Shown: positions 1-9,587 of the stretch, in pieces | Position numbering within the stretch: the first letter of the stretch is position 1 | How the letters are laid out: the number at the start of each line of letters is the position of its first letter | Assembly (NCBI GenBank): GCA_019057815.1 | Contig: JAHLWR010000006.1 | Span: 64,001 to 128,000, forward strand | Direction of reading: 5' to 3' | Origin: Candidatus Heimdallarchaeota archaeon | GTDB taxonomy: Archaea > Asgardarchaeota > Heimdallarchaeia > Heimdallarchaeales > Heimdallarchaeaceae | Length of the DNA: 64,000 nt | The notes under the pieces: model-generated | What the model was told of the DNA's origin: nothing | Database searches by the model: none | What the model saw: only the letters and a program-made list of their open reading frames with translations | Program-made: the position numbers and the translations under genes

Positions 1-1
1 A

Positions 2-658
2 AAAAAGCCTGAAATAATACATGGAATTGATGTGTCTACTTTGATGGGACGTTTATCTGTTGGATCATGTGTTACTTTTGTTAATGGTATTCCTGAAAAA
101 AAACTCTACAGAAGATTCAGGATTAAAAACCCCTATTCCAACTCTAATGATTATGCTATGATGAAAGAAGTGATTACTAGAAAATATCGTTCTCCTCAAT
201 TAGAATCTGATCCATCTCCTGATCTCATCGTGATAGACGGTGGAAAAGGACAATTAAATGTTGCACGAAAAGTAATGATAGATCATGATTTGCCTTTTCC
301 CGTTGTAAGTATTTCAAAAAAGCATGAAAAAATTTTTGTTGAATGGACCAATGACCCTATAATTCTCCCTAAAACATCTCCAATGCTTAAATTAATACAA
401 AGAGTAAGAGATGAATCTCATAGATTCGCAATTAGTTACCACAGATATTTAAGAAAAACGACTATGCAAGAATCCATCTTTGAATCTATTAAGGGAATTG
501 GAAAGCAAAAAACGCGAATACTATTTACTAATTATAAGAATGTAGAAGAAATTACTGAAGCAAAAATCGAAGATATTGCTAAAATACTGGGAACAAACGA
601 AGAAATAGCGGAAAAAATTGTTGAACTTGCAAAAAAACTCAAAAAGACAGATTATTAG
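2..658 (+). CDS. uvrC: Excinuclease ABC subunit C, C-terminal part (5'-truncated by the window edge)
   Basis: Frame is open from position 2 (KKPEIIHGIDVSTLMG). Motifs YRRF, NDYAMMKEV, PDLIVIDGGKGQL, QRVRDESHRFA and a C-terminal HhH (IKGIGKQK). Confidence 0.95.
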   Translation, partial: KKPEIIHGIDVSTLMGRLSVGSCVTFVNGIPEKKLYRRFRIKNPYSNSNDYAMMKEVITRKYRSPQLESDPSPDLIVIDGGKGQLNVARKVMIDHDLPFPVVSISKKHEKIFVEWTNDPIILPKTSPMLKLIQRVRDESHRFAISYHRYLRKTTMQESIFESIKGIGKQKTRILFTNYKNVEEITEAKIEDIAKILGTNEEIAEKIVELAKKLKKTDY

Positions 659-731
659 CTAGAAAATTTTCTGCTATAAACATAGGTATATAAGATTTTG
701 ATTGAATCAATTTAATTGGTGAAAAACTAAA

Positions 732-1643
732 ATGCAAAGAAAAGTTTTAATCGCAAGTTTTCTACTCACTGGGATATTGGTTGGAATGATGGTAAACCCA
801 AGCTTTGCAGCTACAACATGGGGAATTGAAATCAATGAAAGATATGAGTTTACATTGAAAACATTCAAGTTTGGCTCACCAACTGACATATCATTTATGC
901 TGAAGGAGAATGTTACTTTTGAAGTCGAATTCACTAGCTTTAACGACGCTGGATACACGTATGATATCTATAACTCATCAGGTCTTATGGAATCTGGGGT
1001 TTCAACACTTTTTGAAGAAATGGAAACAGAATTAGGGAACATTACTATGCCTCTAGGTATTCCAATTGCTATGCCATTAGCAATAGGAACAAGTTCCAAT
1101 TATCTATTAGAAATCGGAACTATAGCAAACCAGACTTCAAGTATGATAGGATTTGAAGATTTTGTCAATTTGACTGAATTTGGAAATGATACGGTTGTTA
1201 ATGTTTATTCTCTTCTTGATGAAGAATATTTGAAACTTAAAACCGATATTTACACATCTAACTTTAATGATTCGTTATTAGATGAACTCATAGGAGACTT
1301 TAGTGGCCAACCTTCAGATTTTCCAATAGATGATTTAACCTTAATAATTCCTGATATTATATATGAAATGACGGTAAATATTACAATATCCATTAATGCC
1401 AAAACTGGTCTATTTGATACATTAGCTTTGGTACTTAAGTCTAAAGGAGAACAATCGGGTTTTGAAATTGATTTCGATGTTGATATTCTATATGGTTATG
1501 AAGCTCCAGTTGTAACAACTCAAACAACCGAATCGGTTGAAACAACAGGTACGGAAACTACAGAAACTCCATATTCTTGGCTCTTTATCACTCCGTTTAC
1601 CCTTGTGACACTCGTATTTTTAATGAAGAAGAGAAGAAAATAA
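732..1643 (+). CDS. Secreted surface glycoprotein with Thr-rich linker and C-terminal TM/basic sorting-type anchor
   Basis: N-terminal signal peptide, acidic body, 8 N-x-S/T sequons, TTQTTESVETTGTETTETPY linker, then a hydrophobic helix and KKRRK. Confidence 0.75.
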   Translation: MQRKVLIASFLLTGILVGMMVNPSFAATTWGIEINERYEFTLKTFKFGSPTDISFMLKENVTFEVEFTSFNDAGYTYDIYNSSGLMESGVSTLFEEMETELGNITMPLGIPIAMPLAIGTSSNYLLEIGTIANQTSSMIGFEDFVNLTEFGNDTVVNVYSLLDEEYLKLKTDIYTSNFNDSLLDELIGDFSGQPSDFPIDDLTLIIPDIIYEMTVNITISINAKTGLFDTLALVLKSKGEQSGFEIDFDVDILYGYEAPVVTTQTTESVETTGTETTETPYSWLFITPFTLVTLVFLMKKRRK

Positions 1644-1656
1644 TTTATCTCACTCC

Positions 1657-1682
1657 TCTTTTTTTCTTTCCAAATCTTTTTT
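1657..1682 (+). terminator. Oligo-T tract, archaeal-type terminator candidate
   Basis: T-rich tract directly after the stop at 1643. Confidence 0.45.
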
Positions 1683-1713
1683 AATTGTACTTTAAACACA
1701 TTTGTGAGCTAAT

Positions 1714-2829
1714 TTGATACTATCAAACGCAGAATATCTAATTCTGAAAGAACTTTTTCGTGATCCTATTCTGCCTTATAATAAACTAGCTAACTTAGTG
1801 GGTCTTTCTCCACCTACTGTAAAAAAGAAAATAGAGGGTCTTCTAGCCAAAAATATTATTAAAAGTTTTTATGGGGAATATTATCCGGAAGCAATTGGTC
1901 TTGAAAGTCATATGTTTCTTCTTAGGGTTCAATCAGTCGATAAGCTTCGCTTGGTTGAAAGGATTATTGACTTCTTCCCCTATCTTGTTAGTAGATCTAG
2001 GTGTTATGGTTCAATTTCAGGGATTTATGTCAAAGTTCATCTTCCCCTAAACTCTCTGAATAGATTCATGTTTCTCCTTGATTATTTGAGTGATGCAAAT
2101 TTGATTGCAGAAATTATTCCTTCTAGCACTATCGGTCGGGGAATAAAAACGCACACTGATCTTACATATTGGGATCAAAATACTGGGAATTGGACATTTG
2201 GGTGGCATATGTGGGAAAAAAATATAGATATGGTTGACTACATTCCACAATTTGATTATTTCCAAAAAGTTTCTAGTGAAAAACCTAAAAACGTTCTAAA
2301 ACATATGCATTTCCATGACTTTGAACTCCTTCGTGAATTGGTTTCTAATCCCGTGCAAAAACACATTCTTCTCGCAAAAAAAATTGGTCTACCTCCTTAT
2401 AACTTCTCGCGAAGAGTCAAGTTTCTGAATGAATACGTAATTCGAAAATATATGGTTGACTTTGATCGTAGCTTTTTTGGTCTTGAGGATGATTTTGTAT
2501 TCAAAGCAATATGCAGCCCAAGAGCAATGGCAAAAATAATCTATCTGATGCATAATTTGGACTTACCATTTAAATCTGATTTTAGAAATACGGAGAGAGG
2601 TTTTTTGTGGAAAATATTGTTACCTCCAAAGGATAAGCTAGGATTGATCAATATACTTTGGTCTCTCTTCCCTGATTTACAAATAATGATGCGTGATCCT
2701 CATGAAGCGGCAGTAAAACCCTTTAATCCCAATAATTATTCTTTTATGGATCATTCGTGGAAAGACTCAGAAGAATATATGGTTGATCAAGTCTTAGAAA
2801 TGGCAAGAGGAGAGTTTATTTTAGCATAA
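1714..2829 (+). CDS. Tandem Lrp/AsnC-like winged-helix transcriptional regulator
   Basis: Two wHTH units (ILKELFRDPILPYNKLANLVGLSPPTVKKKIEGL and LLRELVSNPVQKHILLAKKIGLPPYNFSRRVKFL), each followed by a RAM-like region. Confidence 0.75.
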   Translation: MILSNAEYLILKELFRDPILPYNKLANLVGLSPPTVKKKIEGLLAKNIIKSFYGEYYPEAIGLESHMFLLRVQSVDKLRLVERIIDFFPYLVSRSRCYGSISGIYVKVHLPLNSLNRFMFLLDYLSDANLIAEIIPSSTIGRGIKTHTDLTYWDQNTGNWTFGWHMWEKNIDMVDYIPQFDYFQKVSSEKPKNVLKHMHFHDFELLRELVSNPVQKHILLAKKIGLPPYNFSRRVKFLNEYVIRKYMVDFDRSFFGLEDDFVFKAICSPRAMAKIIYLMHNLDLPFKSDFRNTERGFLWKILLPPKDKLGLINILWSLFPDLQIMMRDPHEAAVKPFNPNNYSFMDHSWKDSEEYMVDQVLEMARGEFILA

Positions 2830-2874
2830 TAGCAGTTTTCAAGGAATAAAAACTAAATGAAGAAATTATCTTCA

Positions 2875-5772
2875 TTACTCTGTGATGCGAAGTTCATGAA
2901 CAATTTCAAATTTAGTCTGTTTTCTAATTAAGGGTATTATTGTTATTAAAGATGCTAAGATCAATGAGAAAATGGCAACTAAAAGCATTAAAATTCCAGG
3001 TTCAAATACGATTGGTACTATTTCTCTTGGAATTAATAATGGTTTTATGAAACTCAGAGAGCTAAGTGCAGTAAGAAGTCCTACTGGTACGCCTATAAGT
3101 ATAGCTGATACAACAAAAACGAGAATTTCCCCTATAACAAGCCCCCTTATTTTAGTTTGCTTTCCACCTAAAGCTAGTAGTACTGCATATTCTTTCCTTC
3201 TTTGATTAAGAATAAAATCTGTTGATATCATAATGTAAACTATTGCTACAAAACTTAGAACAATTATTCCCAACATTAAAGTAACTGATACATGTGGAAT
3301 ATATTTTGTTATAAAATAGCCAATATAATTTGGATTAATTTTCTCGGGGTTAACAATTAATAAAGGACTAATACTTTGGATTTGTTCTATGATTTGATCT
3401 ATGTCTACATTTTTTCCAACAGATAACAAAAATAAGGACCCGTTCTCTACTCCTATTGATTGTAAGATTTCTTGGTTTACTAATACATATTCATCAGCAC
3501 TTTTTACCATTTTTGGGTCATTACCATGTGCCACTCCCAAACCTGGAGCAGAACTTATTATTCCTGTAATTAGGAGCGGTAGGGAAAATGGTCCGCCTTT
3601 GAAATCTGTAATAAACATATGTCGACCAATTGATAATCTCAATCTGTTGGCTGTATAATCGCTTATTATTAGTCCATCTAGAGTCTCTTCTAAAGCTGTT
3701 AAAGCTTCTTCCACTGTTGTATTCTGGAAACTATGCTCTATCCAATTTCCAACACTCAAATATTTCAAGGGGTCAACCCCAAAAACTTCTACATCTTGAG
3801 TTCCTATTGTTGCTCTAAGAGAATAGAACCCTAAAGTATCTTCAATTCCTTCAATCTTGCTAAATCTCTCATTGTATTCTGATATGTTAATTGGTACTGT
3901 TGTCTGAACTCTAATATCTGATCCGTTTCTATAATTATTTTCAAGTTCAATATTTGTTTCAGTTATGGAACGAATTGAGATAAGAAACGTCAATAAACTA
4001 ATGATTAAAATTAAAAAGAAAGTTAATTCTGTAAGAGTTTTGGTTTTCCTCTTAATATTATGGTAGATGAAGAAACCTCTATTTTTGAAGATTAGTCTAT
4101 AAACTTTAGGTGTTTTTTGTAAAAGTAGTACAATTCCCATTGATATATAATAACAAATGAAAAAGATTACTCCCATAAATGCTAGAAGTACCATAGAGCT
4201 CCTTTCGATAGAGTCAAATCCATAAGTGTCAAAAGGATCAAATACATTGCGGAATTCAATTAAAAGTAGGATAAAACCAACAAATACAAGGACGAAAACT
4301 GCAATATTTACTCCAAGACTCAATATTCTTTGACCCTTGCGTGTAATCAAAAGAACTTCTTGAACATCTTTTTTTACAAATGAAACTATGTTTACAAATG
4401 TAACACCAAGATATATCCCTAATACAATAATTGAAAATATTTCAATTTCATATGCTGAAATGTCTAAATATTGCATAAATCTGGATAAATTATAAGCAGT
4501 TATTGATTTTCCTCCAGCAATCAATGGAAACGCTGCAGCTGTAATGATTGATAACCCAAAGCTTACCAACAATGAAAAAATTCCGATAATAGAGTACTCA
4601 CTAAAGAAAATCCCAATTATTTGAACACTGCTTGCGCCTCGTGACCTTAGCAAAGCTATTTCTTTTCCTCTTCGTTTTATTGTCATCTGCGTAGCTAGTA
4701 CTGTTAATATTAATGCAGCAGCTATCGCTGGAATAAATAATGCCGCAGAACTAAAAGTTCTCTTATATTCATTGGCCATTGTTTCGATTTCATGTTTTAA
4801 GATTCTACAAAATGTATGATAATAATTTATTTCAATTCTTTCTTTGAGAGCAAGTAAGTTATCAGGCATTGTTTCAATATTACCTGTTCGTAATTTTTCT
4901 GCATCAGTTTTTACTAGTAATTTAGGTAGTAGACCGTTAGTTTCAAAAATATACAAATCTTCATAAGTTAAGTCTTCCATTGGAAATAGAACAGAATCAA
5001 CTATGTTTCCTGCTCCTTTCGCACCTATTAATTTGTCAATAATGCCGTCTGTTCCTGTATATTTAAATATCCCAGATATTGTGTAATTGTAATATGTTGT
5101 TTCATCTATGTCAAAAAACCTTAACTCGTCTTCACCAATATCCGTGTTTGGAATACGTCGAGTTATAGCAACAGTAATTATTTCTCCAGGAGTTATAGTT
5201 TTCTTATATGTTTTTTCTAGTTCCTTAGCTTCAGAATAACTTACCATTATTTCTCCAGAGTTAAGACTAGCGTTACCCTCTATTTCTAAATTTAATTTAA
5301 TTCTTTCAATAGCTCTTGTAGGGACAATAATTGCATTAGTGAGCGATATTGGATCTTCCAAATCATCTTGTTCAGATTCGGGAAAAACCGTGTAGTTTTG
5401 CTCCTTGTTTTCAAAGTTGAATAAAGCATATGTTACATATTGCCAATCTACCTGTCTGACTACAGAATCGTCAGATAGATAATCATAAACTTCATTCATT
5501 GCATTTGGGAGAAAGGTGTTAATATACATCTCATAGTCCAGTGTTTCTATATAATCATCAGCGATTATTTTTTGTGATGTATGAACCCATATTGAGCTGG
5601 AGAAAAGTATGGTTAAAGAGAAAATTAAACCTAGAGCTATAATAATCGCACTTTTTTTTCTGTGTTTTAGATTTTTTAAAATCAATCGTAAATTAAATAG
5701 TGTGGAATAAAGGAATTTGCTGTAAAAATTAGATTTGATTTCTGTATCTGTTAGTTTGTCAATCTCGTTCAA
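2875..5772 (-). CDS. ABC transporter permease, FtsX/MacB family (duplicated architecture)
   Basis: Two FtsX signatures (RRGKEIALLRSRGAS and QRRKEYAVLLALGGK), multiple TMs, two large extracellular domains; overlaps the ATPase stop codon. Confidence 0.9.
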   Translation of the reverse strand: MNEIDKLTDTEIKSNFYSKFLYSTLFNLRLILKNLKHRKKSAIIIALGLIFSLTILFSSSIWVHTSQKIIADDYIETLDYEMYINTFLPNAMNEVYDYLSDDSVVRQVDWQYVTYALFNFENKEQNYTVFPESEQDDLEDPISLTNAIIVPTRAIERIKLNLEIEGNASLNSGEIMVSYSEAKELEKTYKKTITPGEIITVAITRRIPNTDIGEDELRFFDIDETTYYNYTISGIFKYTGTDGIIDKLIGAKGAGNIVDSVLFPMEDLTYEDLYIFETNGLLPKLLVKTDAEKLRTGNIETMPDNLLALKERIEINYYHTFCRILKHEIETMANEYKRTFSSAALFIPAIAAALILTVLATQMTIKRRGKEIALLRSRGASSVQIIGIFFSEYSIIGIFSLLVSFGLSIITAAAFPLIAGGKSITAYNLSRFMQYLDISAYEIEIFSIIVLGIYLGVTFVNIVSFVKKDVQEVLLITRKGQRILSLGVNIAVFVLVFVGFILLLIEFRNVFDPFDTYGFDSIERSSMVLLAFMGVIFFICYYISMGIVLLLQKTPKVYRLIFKNRGFFIYHNIKRKTKTLTELTFFLILIISLLTFLISIRSITETNIELENNYRNGSDIRVQTTVPINISEYNERFSKIEGIEDTLGFYSLRATIGTQDVEVFGVDPLKYLSVGNWIEHSFQNTTVEEALTALEETLDGLIISDYTANRLRLSIGRHMFITDFKGGPFSLPLLITGIISSAPGLGVAHGNDPKMVKSADEYVLVNQEILQSIGVENGSLFLLSVGKNVDIDQIIEQIQSISPLLIVNPEKINPNYIGYFITKYIPHVSVTLMLGIIVLSFVAIVYIMISTDFILNQRRKEYAVLLALGGKQTKIRGLVIGEILVFVVSAILIGVPVGLLTALSSLSFIKPLLIPREIVPIVFEPGILMLLVAIFSLILASLITIIPLIRKQTKFEIVHELRITE

Positions 5773-6521
5773 GCTTTGTCACCTTTAGGTCGATACAATT
5801 GCTCAAAATTATCATAATCAAAACTTATAGGGTCAACTTCTTTTTCCTCAAAAACCTTGCCTTGATGTAAAATTAGCACTCTATTTGCAAGTTTCGCAAC
5901 GTATGGATCATGAGTTGTATAAAGCATGGTCATATCATATTTCTTTATCAATCTCAATAATAATTTCATGATTCCATCTCCTGTTTTGCTATCTAAGGTT
6001 CCTGTAGGTTCATCAGCAATAATAAAGGAGGGATTATTAGCTATAGCTCTAGCAACTGAAACTCTTTGTTTCTGACCAGTACTTAGTTCATCAGGATAAT
6101 TCATTGTTTTATCGCCTAATCCCACTGCCTTTAGAAGTTCTAAGGCTCTTTCTTTTGCCAATTCTTCTTTATCATCGGCTAATATCATGGGAGTCATGAC
6201 ACTCTCTATCGCTGTTAAATGTTCTAAAAGATAAAATTCTTGGAAAATTACACCTGTTGTTTTCAACCTGAAAGCATGTAATTTTTCTGTTGACCATTGA
6301 GTAATATTCTTACCATTAACTATAATTTCACCTCCAGTTGGTTTATCAAGTCCTGCAAGTAGATTTAGAGTTGTTGTTTTTCCAGATCCAGAGCGTCCAA
6401 GAAGGCAAACAATTTCCCCTTTTTCAATTTGAAAACTAACTCCACGTAATACAGTAAGATTTTCGACTTTTGAAGTAAATGTATGCTTTAGGTTATTGAC
6501 TGAAATGAAAACGTCTGCCAT
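5769..6521 (-). CDS. ABC transporter ATP-binding protein (LolD/MacB-like)
   Basis: Walker A GRSGSGKT, signature LSTGQKQRV, Walker B IIADEPTG, H-loop THD. Confidence 0.95.
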   Translation of the reverse strand: MADVFISVNNLKHTFTSKVENLTVLRGVSFQIEKGEIVCLLGRSGSGKTTTLNLLAGLDKPTGGEIIVNGKNITQWSTEKLHAFRLKTTGVIFQEFYLLEHLTAIESVMTPMILADDKEELAKERALELLKAVGLGDKTMNYPDELSTGQKQRVSVARAIANNPSFIIADEPTGTLDSKTGDGIMKLLLRLIKKYDMTMLYTTHDPYVAKLANRVLILHQGKVFEEKEVDPISFDYDNFEQLYRPKGDKA

Positions 6522-6582
6522 TTAACTAACACACAAAGAGTATAGACATTTAAATTGTTTTAGTTCAACAAAAAAGACGATT

Positions 6583-6750
6583 TCAAGAGAATATACCTTT
6601 GATTACATAATAGCCTATAATAATAATAAAAGCAAAAGCAATAACCATGAAGAATTTCCACCAATCTCGGCCTTCATATTCTTCATCTATAATATCATTG
6701 GGCTGGGTTTTTTGTGTAGTATCTTGTGGTGATTTTTCTTTTTCTGACAT
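6583..6750 (-). CDS. Small tail-anchored membrane protein (55 aa), absent from the ORF track
   Basis: Translated by hand: MSEKEKSPQDTTQKTQPNDIIDEEYEGRDWWKFFMVIAFAFIIIIGYYVIKGIFS*. ATG at 6750, TGA at 6583; polar head and one C-terminal TM; co-oriented upstream of the ABC genes. Confidence 0.65.
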   Translation of the reverse strand: MSEKEKSPQDTTQKTQPNDIIDEEYEGRDWWKFFMVIAFAFIIIIGYYVIKGIFS

Positions 6751-6922
6751 AATTAATCCCATTTCTTTGAAATGTGTAAAGTTAAGTTGTAATAATTCTG
6801 TATATTTTATTTATTTATTTTTTGCCATTGTTCTTTTTCTCTTTTGTATCAACATCTTGTCGGGAAGTTAAGTGTTTCGTCCCTAACTCAAACTTTTTTT
6901 AACTGAAAACCTTCAATAAATC

Positions 6923-7396
6923 ATGAAATCTTTTTCTGAGGATGAAGAAGTTTATAGGGCGATACAAATTGAGGTTTTAACTGTGAGTCCTGATATTATT
7001 ACTTCAGAAGAAGAGAGTAAAAGAGGAAGATTAACAGAAATACCGCTTTTAAGTTTTGAACTTGAAAATGGTGAAAATTTTCTTATGGCTAACATACCTG
7101 TTTCTATTGCAATTGAAATTGCGAGTAGACTTAATAATTTAGAAAGTAATGATTCTCGGCTTACAATAGCTGAACTTATTCCTGAGGTGTTAATTGTTGA
7201 AAAAGTAGTCATTGATTCCGTTGTTCCTTATTCAACTACATATCAAGCTACAGTGACGATTCGTTTAGAAGGTTTTTCAGAAATTCAACATTTCCAAATG
7301 GTTCCAAGTCACGCTACTTTACTTGCTATAATAGCTGACACCCCTATATACGTTTCAAAGAGCGTTTTATCTTCTACACCAGCCGTGAGAAAATGA
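6923..7396 (+). CDS. Bifunctional nuclease family protein (DUF151)
   Basis: Pattern IPVSIAIEIA...RLTIAELI...VEKVVID...YQATV...PSHATLLA...PIYV. Confidence 0.75.
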   Translation: MKSFSEDEEVYRAIQIEVLTVSPDIITSEEESKRGRLTEIPLLSFELENGENFLMANIPVSIAIEIASRLNNLESNDSRLTIAELIPEVLIVEKVVIDSVVPYSTTYQATVTIRLEGFSEIQHFQMVPSHATLLAIIADTPIYVSKSVLSSTPAVRK

Positions 7397-7486
7397 CACA
7401 ATTTTGAACTGAAATACTTTCATACTTCTTAGAAAGACTAAAGGAAAACTTTTTGTGCTTTGTGTGAAAGAGAATATTGTGACATA

Positions 7487-8137
7487 ATGAGTATCTCTAA
7501 TCAGGTTCCTAACCCAGAAAATGAGCGAATTACTACAATATTAAAAATGTCTATATCGGCTTCATTAGCTAGTTTAGGAATAGTTTTATCATCTTTCGTG
7601 ATATTTGTACCTAACTTTGAATTCATATCTGTAACCATTTTCTTAATAGCTTTACTCCTTGGATTTCGTTATGGTATAATTTCAGCAATGATGCTCTCAC
7701 TTGTTTATGAGCTAATAGTTACACCGATTTTTGGTTCGGCTGGTTTGCTAATACCTGTAAAACTCTTATGTTATGGGATACTTGCTCTTTTAGGAGGGAC
7801 TATGAGACACGCGTTTCTAAAATTGTCTTTCTGGGAATTAGGTGTCTTTGGTGCATTATTTGCTTGTTTTTATGATATTTTAACAACTATATTTGGACAA
7901 TTGGTGATAATTCAAGAACAAATAACTTGGAACCATCTACTAACAGTTCTTATCTTTGGAATACCTTTTACAATTACCCACATTGTAGGGAACTTTGTTT
8001 TATTTAGTATGATTAAATCAATAATAAACCGGATAGAATCAGCATTCAAGTATAAAGGTGTTAAGTTTTTCCTTATTAGTGATGCAGCAGATTCTTCTGG
8101 AAACATTGAAACAACCTGTGAGGAAACTAATAAATGA
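7487..8137 (+). CDS. ECF transporter S component (possibly cobalamin-specific)
   Basis: About six TMs, VPNFEFISVTIFLIALLLG and GIPFTITHIVGN motifs. ATG 7487 preferred over TTG 7460. Confidence 0.8.
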   Translation: MSISNQVPNPENERITTILKMSISASLASLGIVLSSFVIFVPNFEFISVTIFLIALLLGFRYGIISAMMLSLVYELIVTPIFGSAGLLIPVKLLCYGILALLGGTMRHAFLKLSFWELGVFGALFACFYDILTTIFGQLVIIQEQITWNHLLTVLIFGIPFTITHIVGNFVLFSMIKSIINRIESAFKYKGVKFFLISDAADSSGNIETTCEETNK

Positions 8138-8556
8138 ATCGCACAAAATATTTTTTCTTGAGTTTAAGCATTATTTTATTAGTTGTTCTTGGATGTGGCC
8201 TCGGCTTTTATATCATTAAACAGATTAAACCTCAATATGTAGAGGGGAATATTGTGATTACAGCAATAATTGATTACGGAAGTTTAAGGGTAGATAACTA
8301 TGAAGAATATAATGTTACTATTTCGAACGGTAGCACTGCTTTACAAGTTTTTATGAAAATTGCTGATTTGGATATAGTTAATCATACGTTTGGTTCTTAT
8401 ATTCGAGGAGTGAATGGGTACAAAGAACAACTGCCAAACTACTGGGCTTTTCACTATTTTAAACAAATATCACAAACATGGTACTATTCCGAAGTTGGAG
8501 TAAGTGCTTATTATGTTCAAAATGGTGGAAAAATAAAACTTGCATATACTGGTTGA
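8134..8556 (+). CDS. Membrane-anchored DUF4430 (transcobalamin C-terminal-like) protein
   Basis: N-terminal TM, then GSTALQV...FGSYIRGVNG...YWAF...GVSAYYVQNGGKIKLAY; overlaps the S-component stop. Confidence 0.8.
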   Translation: MNRTKYFFLSLSIILLVVLGCGLGFYIIKQIKPQYVEGNIVITAIIDYGSLRVDNYEEYNVTISNGSTALQVFMKIADLDIVNHTFGSYIRGVNGYKEQLPNYWAFHYFKQISQTWYYSEVGVSAYYVQNGGKIKLAYTG

Positions 8557-8623
8557 ATTTATGAATATAAAAATGAGTTTGAAAAACACATATTATAAGT
8601 GAAACAACTGGAGTTTTGGATCT

Positions 8624-9496
8624 ATGAATTTCCTTTCATTAACTTATAGAGTTGAGAAAACCATTTTCATTCCGATTTCAATCTTATTAACAGTCAGCGG
8701 TTTAATAGGGTGGTTATATTCTCAAATTAATTATACTGTAACATTCTTTACAGAAGGAGAGGGTGGTTATGGAGCTCAAACCATAGAAGGGCTTTTTCTA
8801 GCATTAATGGCCATTTTAGGCGGATTTATAATAGTTTTTATCATGCGAAAAAAGTTAATAAAAATTCTACAAGTTTTTTATTCCTTGGGAATATTTCTTT
8901 TGATAGTAGTTTTTTCTTGGTTACACAGTTATTTTCTAAACAATATGTTTTTTGAAGGATACTTAGTTGTAGAAATTGTTGGTGTACTGTTAGGTATAAT
9001 AGTAGCTGCGACTGCGTTAATAACAATAGTTTTTGGTAAGGGTAATCAATTTGTTAAGAATGTTATAATCCTTGTAGTGAGTATTATAGTTGGGACTGTG
9101 ATGGGTGTAATTTTACCTATGGGTACTTTTCTCACTCTTATAATTATTATCTCATTATTTGATATATATTCTGTCTTTAAAGGACCCATTTCTTCAATCT
9201 TTAAACAAGAAGAAAAACCGTCCCTTTCTAAATATTCTAAACAAATAGGAATTTTTGAAATGAGGATAGGAATTGGGGATTTAGTTTTTTACTCTGCATT
9301 GGTAGTTTTTTCAGTAACATATTTTAATCCCATTTTAGGATTTGCTGCATGTATAGGTATTTTAACAGGTGTAAAGATAACAGAACATTTTCTGTTAAAA
9401 TTTCAAAAGTTTCCAGGCTTACCCATTCCTATCTTTATTGCTCTTTTTCTAGTACTAATTGGGTGGATTCTTGATAATTTTGTATTATTTTTTTGA
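8624..9496 (+). CDS. Presenilin-family GxGD intramembrane aspartyl protease
   Basis: About nine TMs; catalytic ISLFDIYSVFKGP and RIGIGDLVFYS; C-terminal PGLP (PAL-equivalent). Confidence 0.9.
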   Translation: MNFLSLTYRVEKTIFIPISILLTVSGLIGWLYSQINYTVTFFTEGEGGYGAQTIEGLFLALMAILGGFIIVFIMRKKLIKILQVFYSLGIFLLIVVFSWLHSYFLNNMFFEGYLVVEIVGVLLGIIVAATALITIVFGKGNQFVKNVIILVVSIIVGTVMGVILPMGTFLTLIIIISLFDIYSVFKGPISSIFKQEEKPSLSKYSKQIGIFEMRIGIGDLVFYSALVVFSVTYFNPILGFAACIGILTGVKITEHFLLKFQKFPGLPIPIFIALFLVLIGWILDNFVLFF

Positions 9497-9587
9497 ATTT
9501 TTCACATGTGTGTCCCCAATTTCATTATGCTCACAAAAATCAAAAGGTTTAAAATGAGAGCTAAAACGTAGTAAATCGGAGATATAC

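Noticed and set aside
6647-6871. 74-aa plus-strand ORF in the track
   Set aside because: Implausible composition; it overlaps a more protein-like minus-strand ORF (6583-6750).
7397-7486. Cobalamin riboswitch upstream of the ECF S component
   Set aside because: The gap is about 90 bp, AT-rich, and shows no B12-box.
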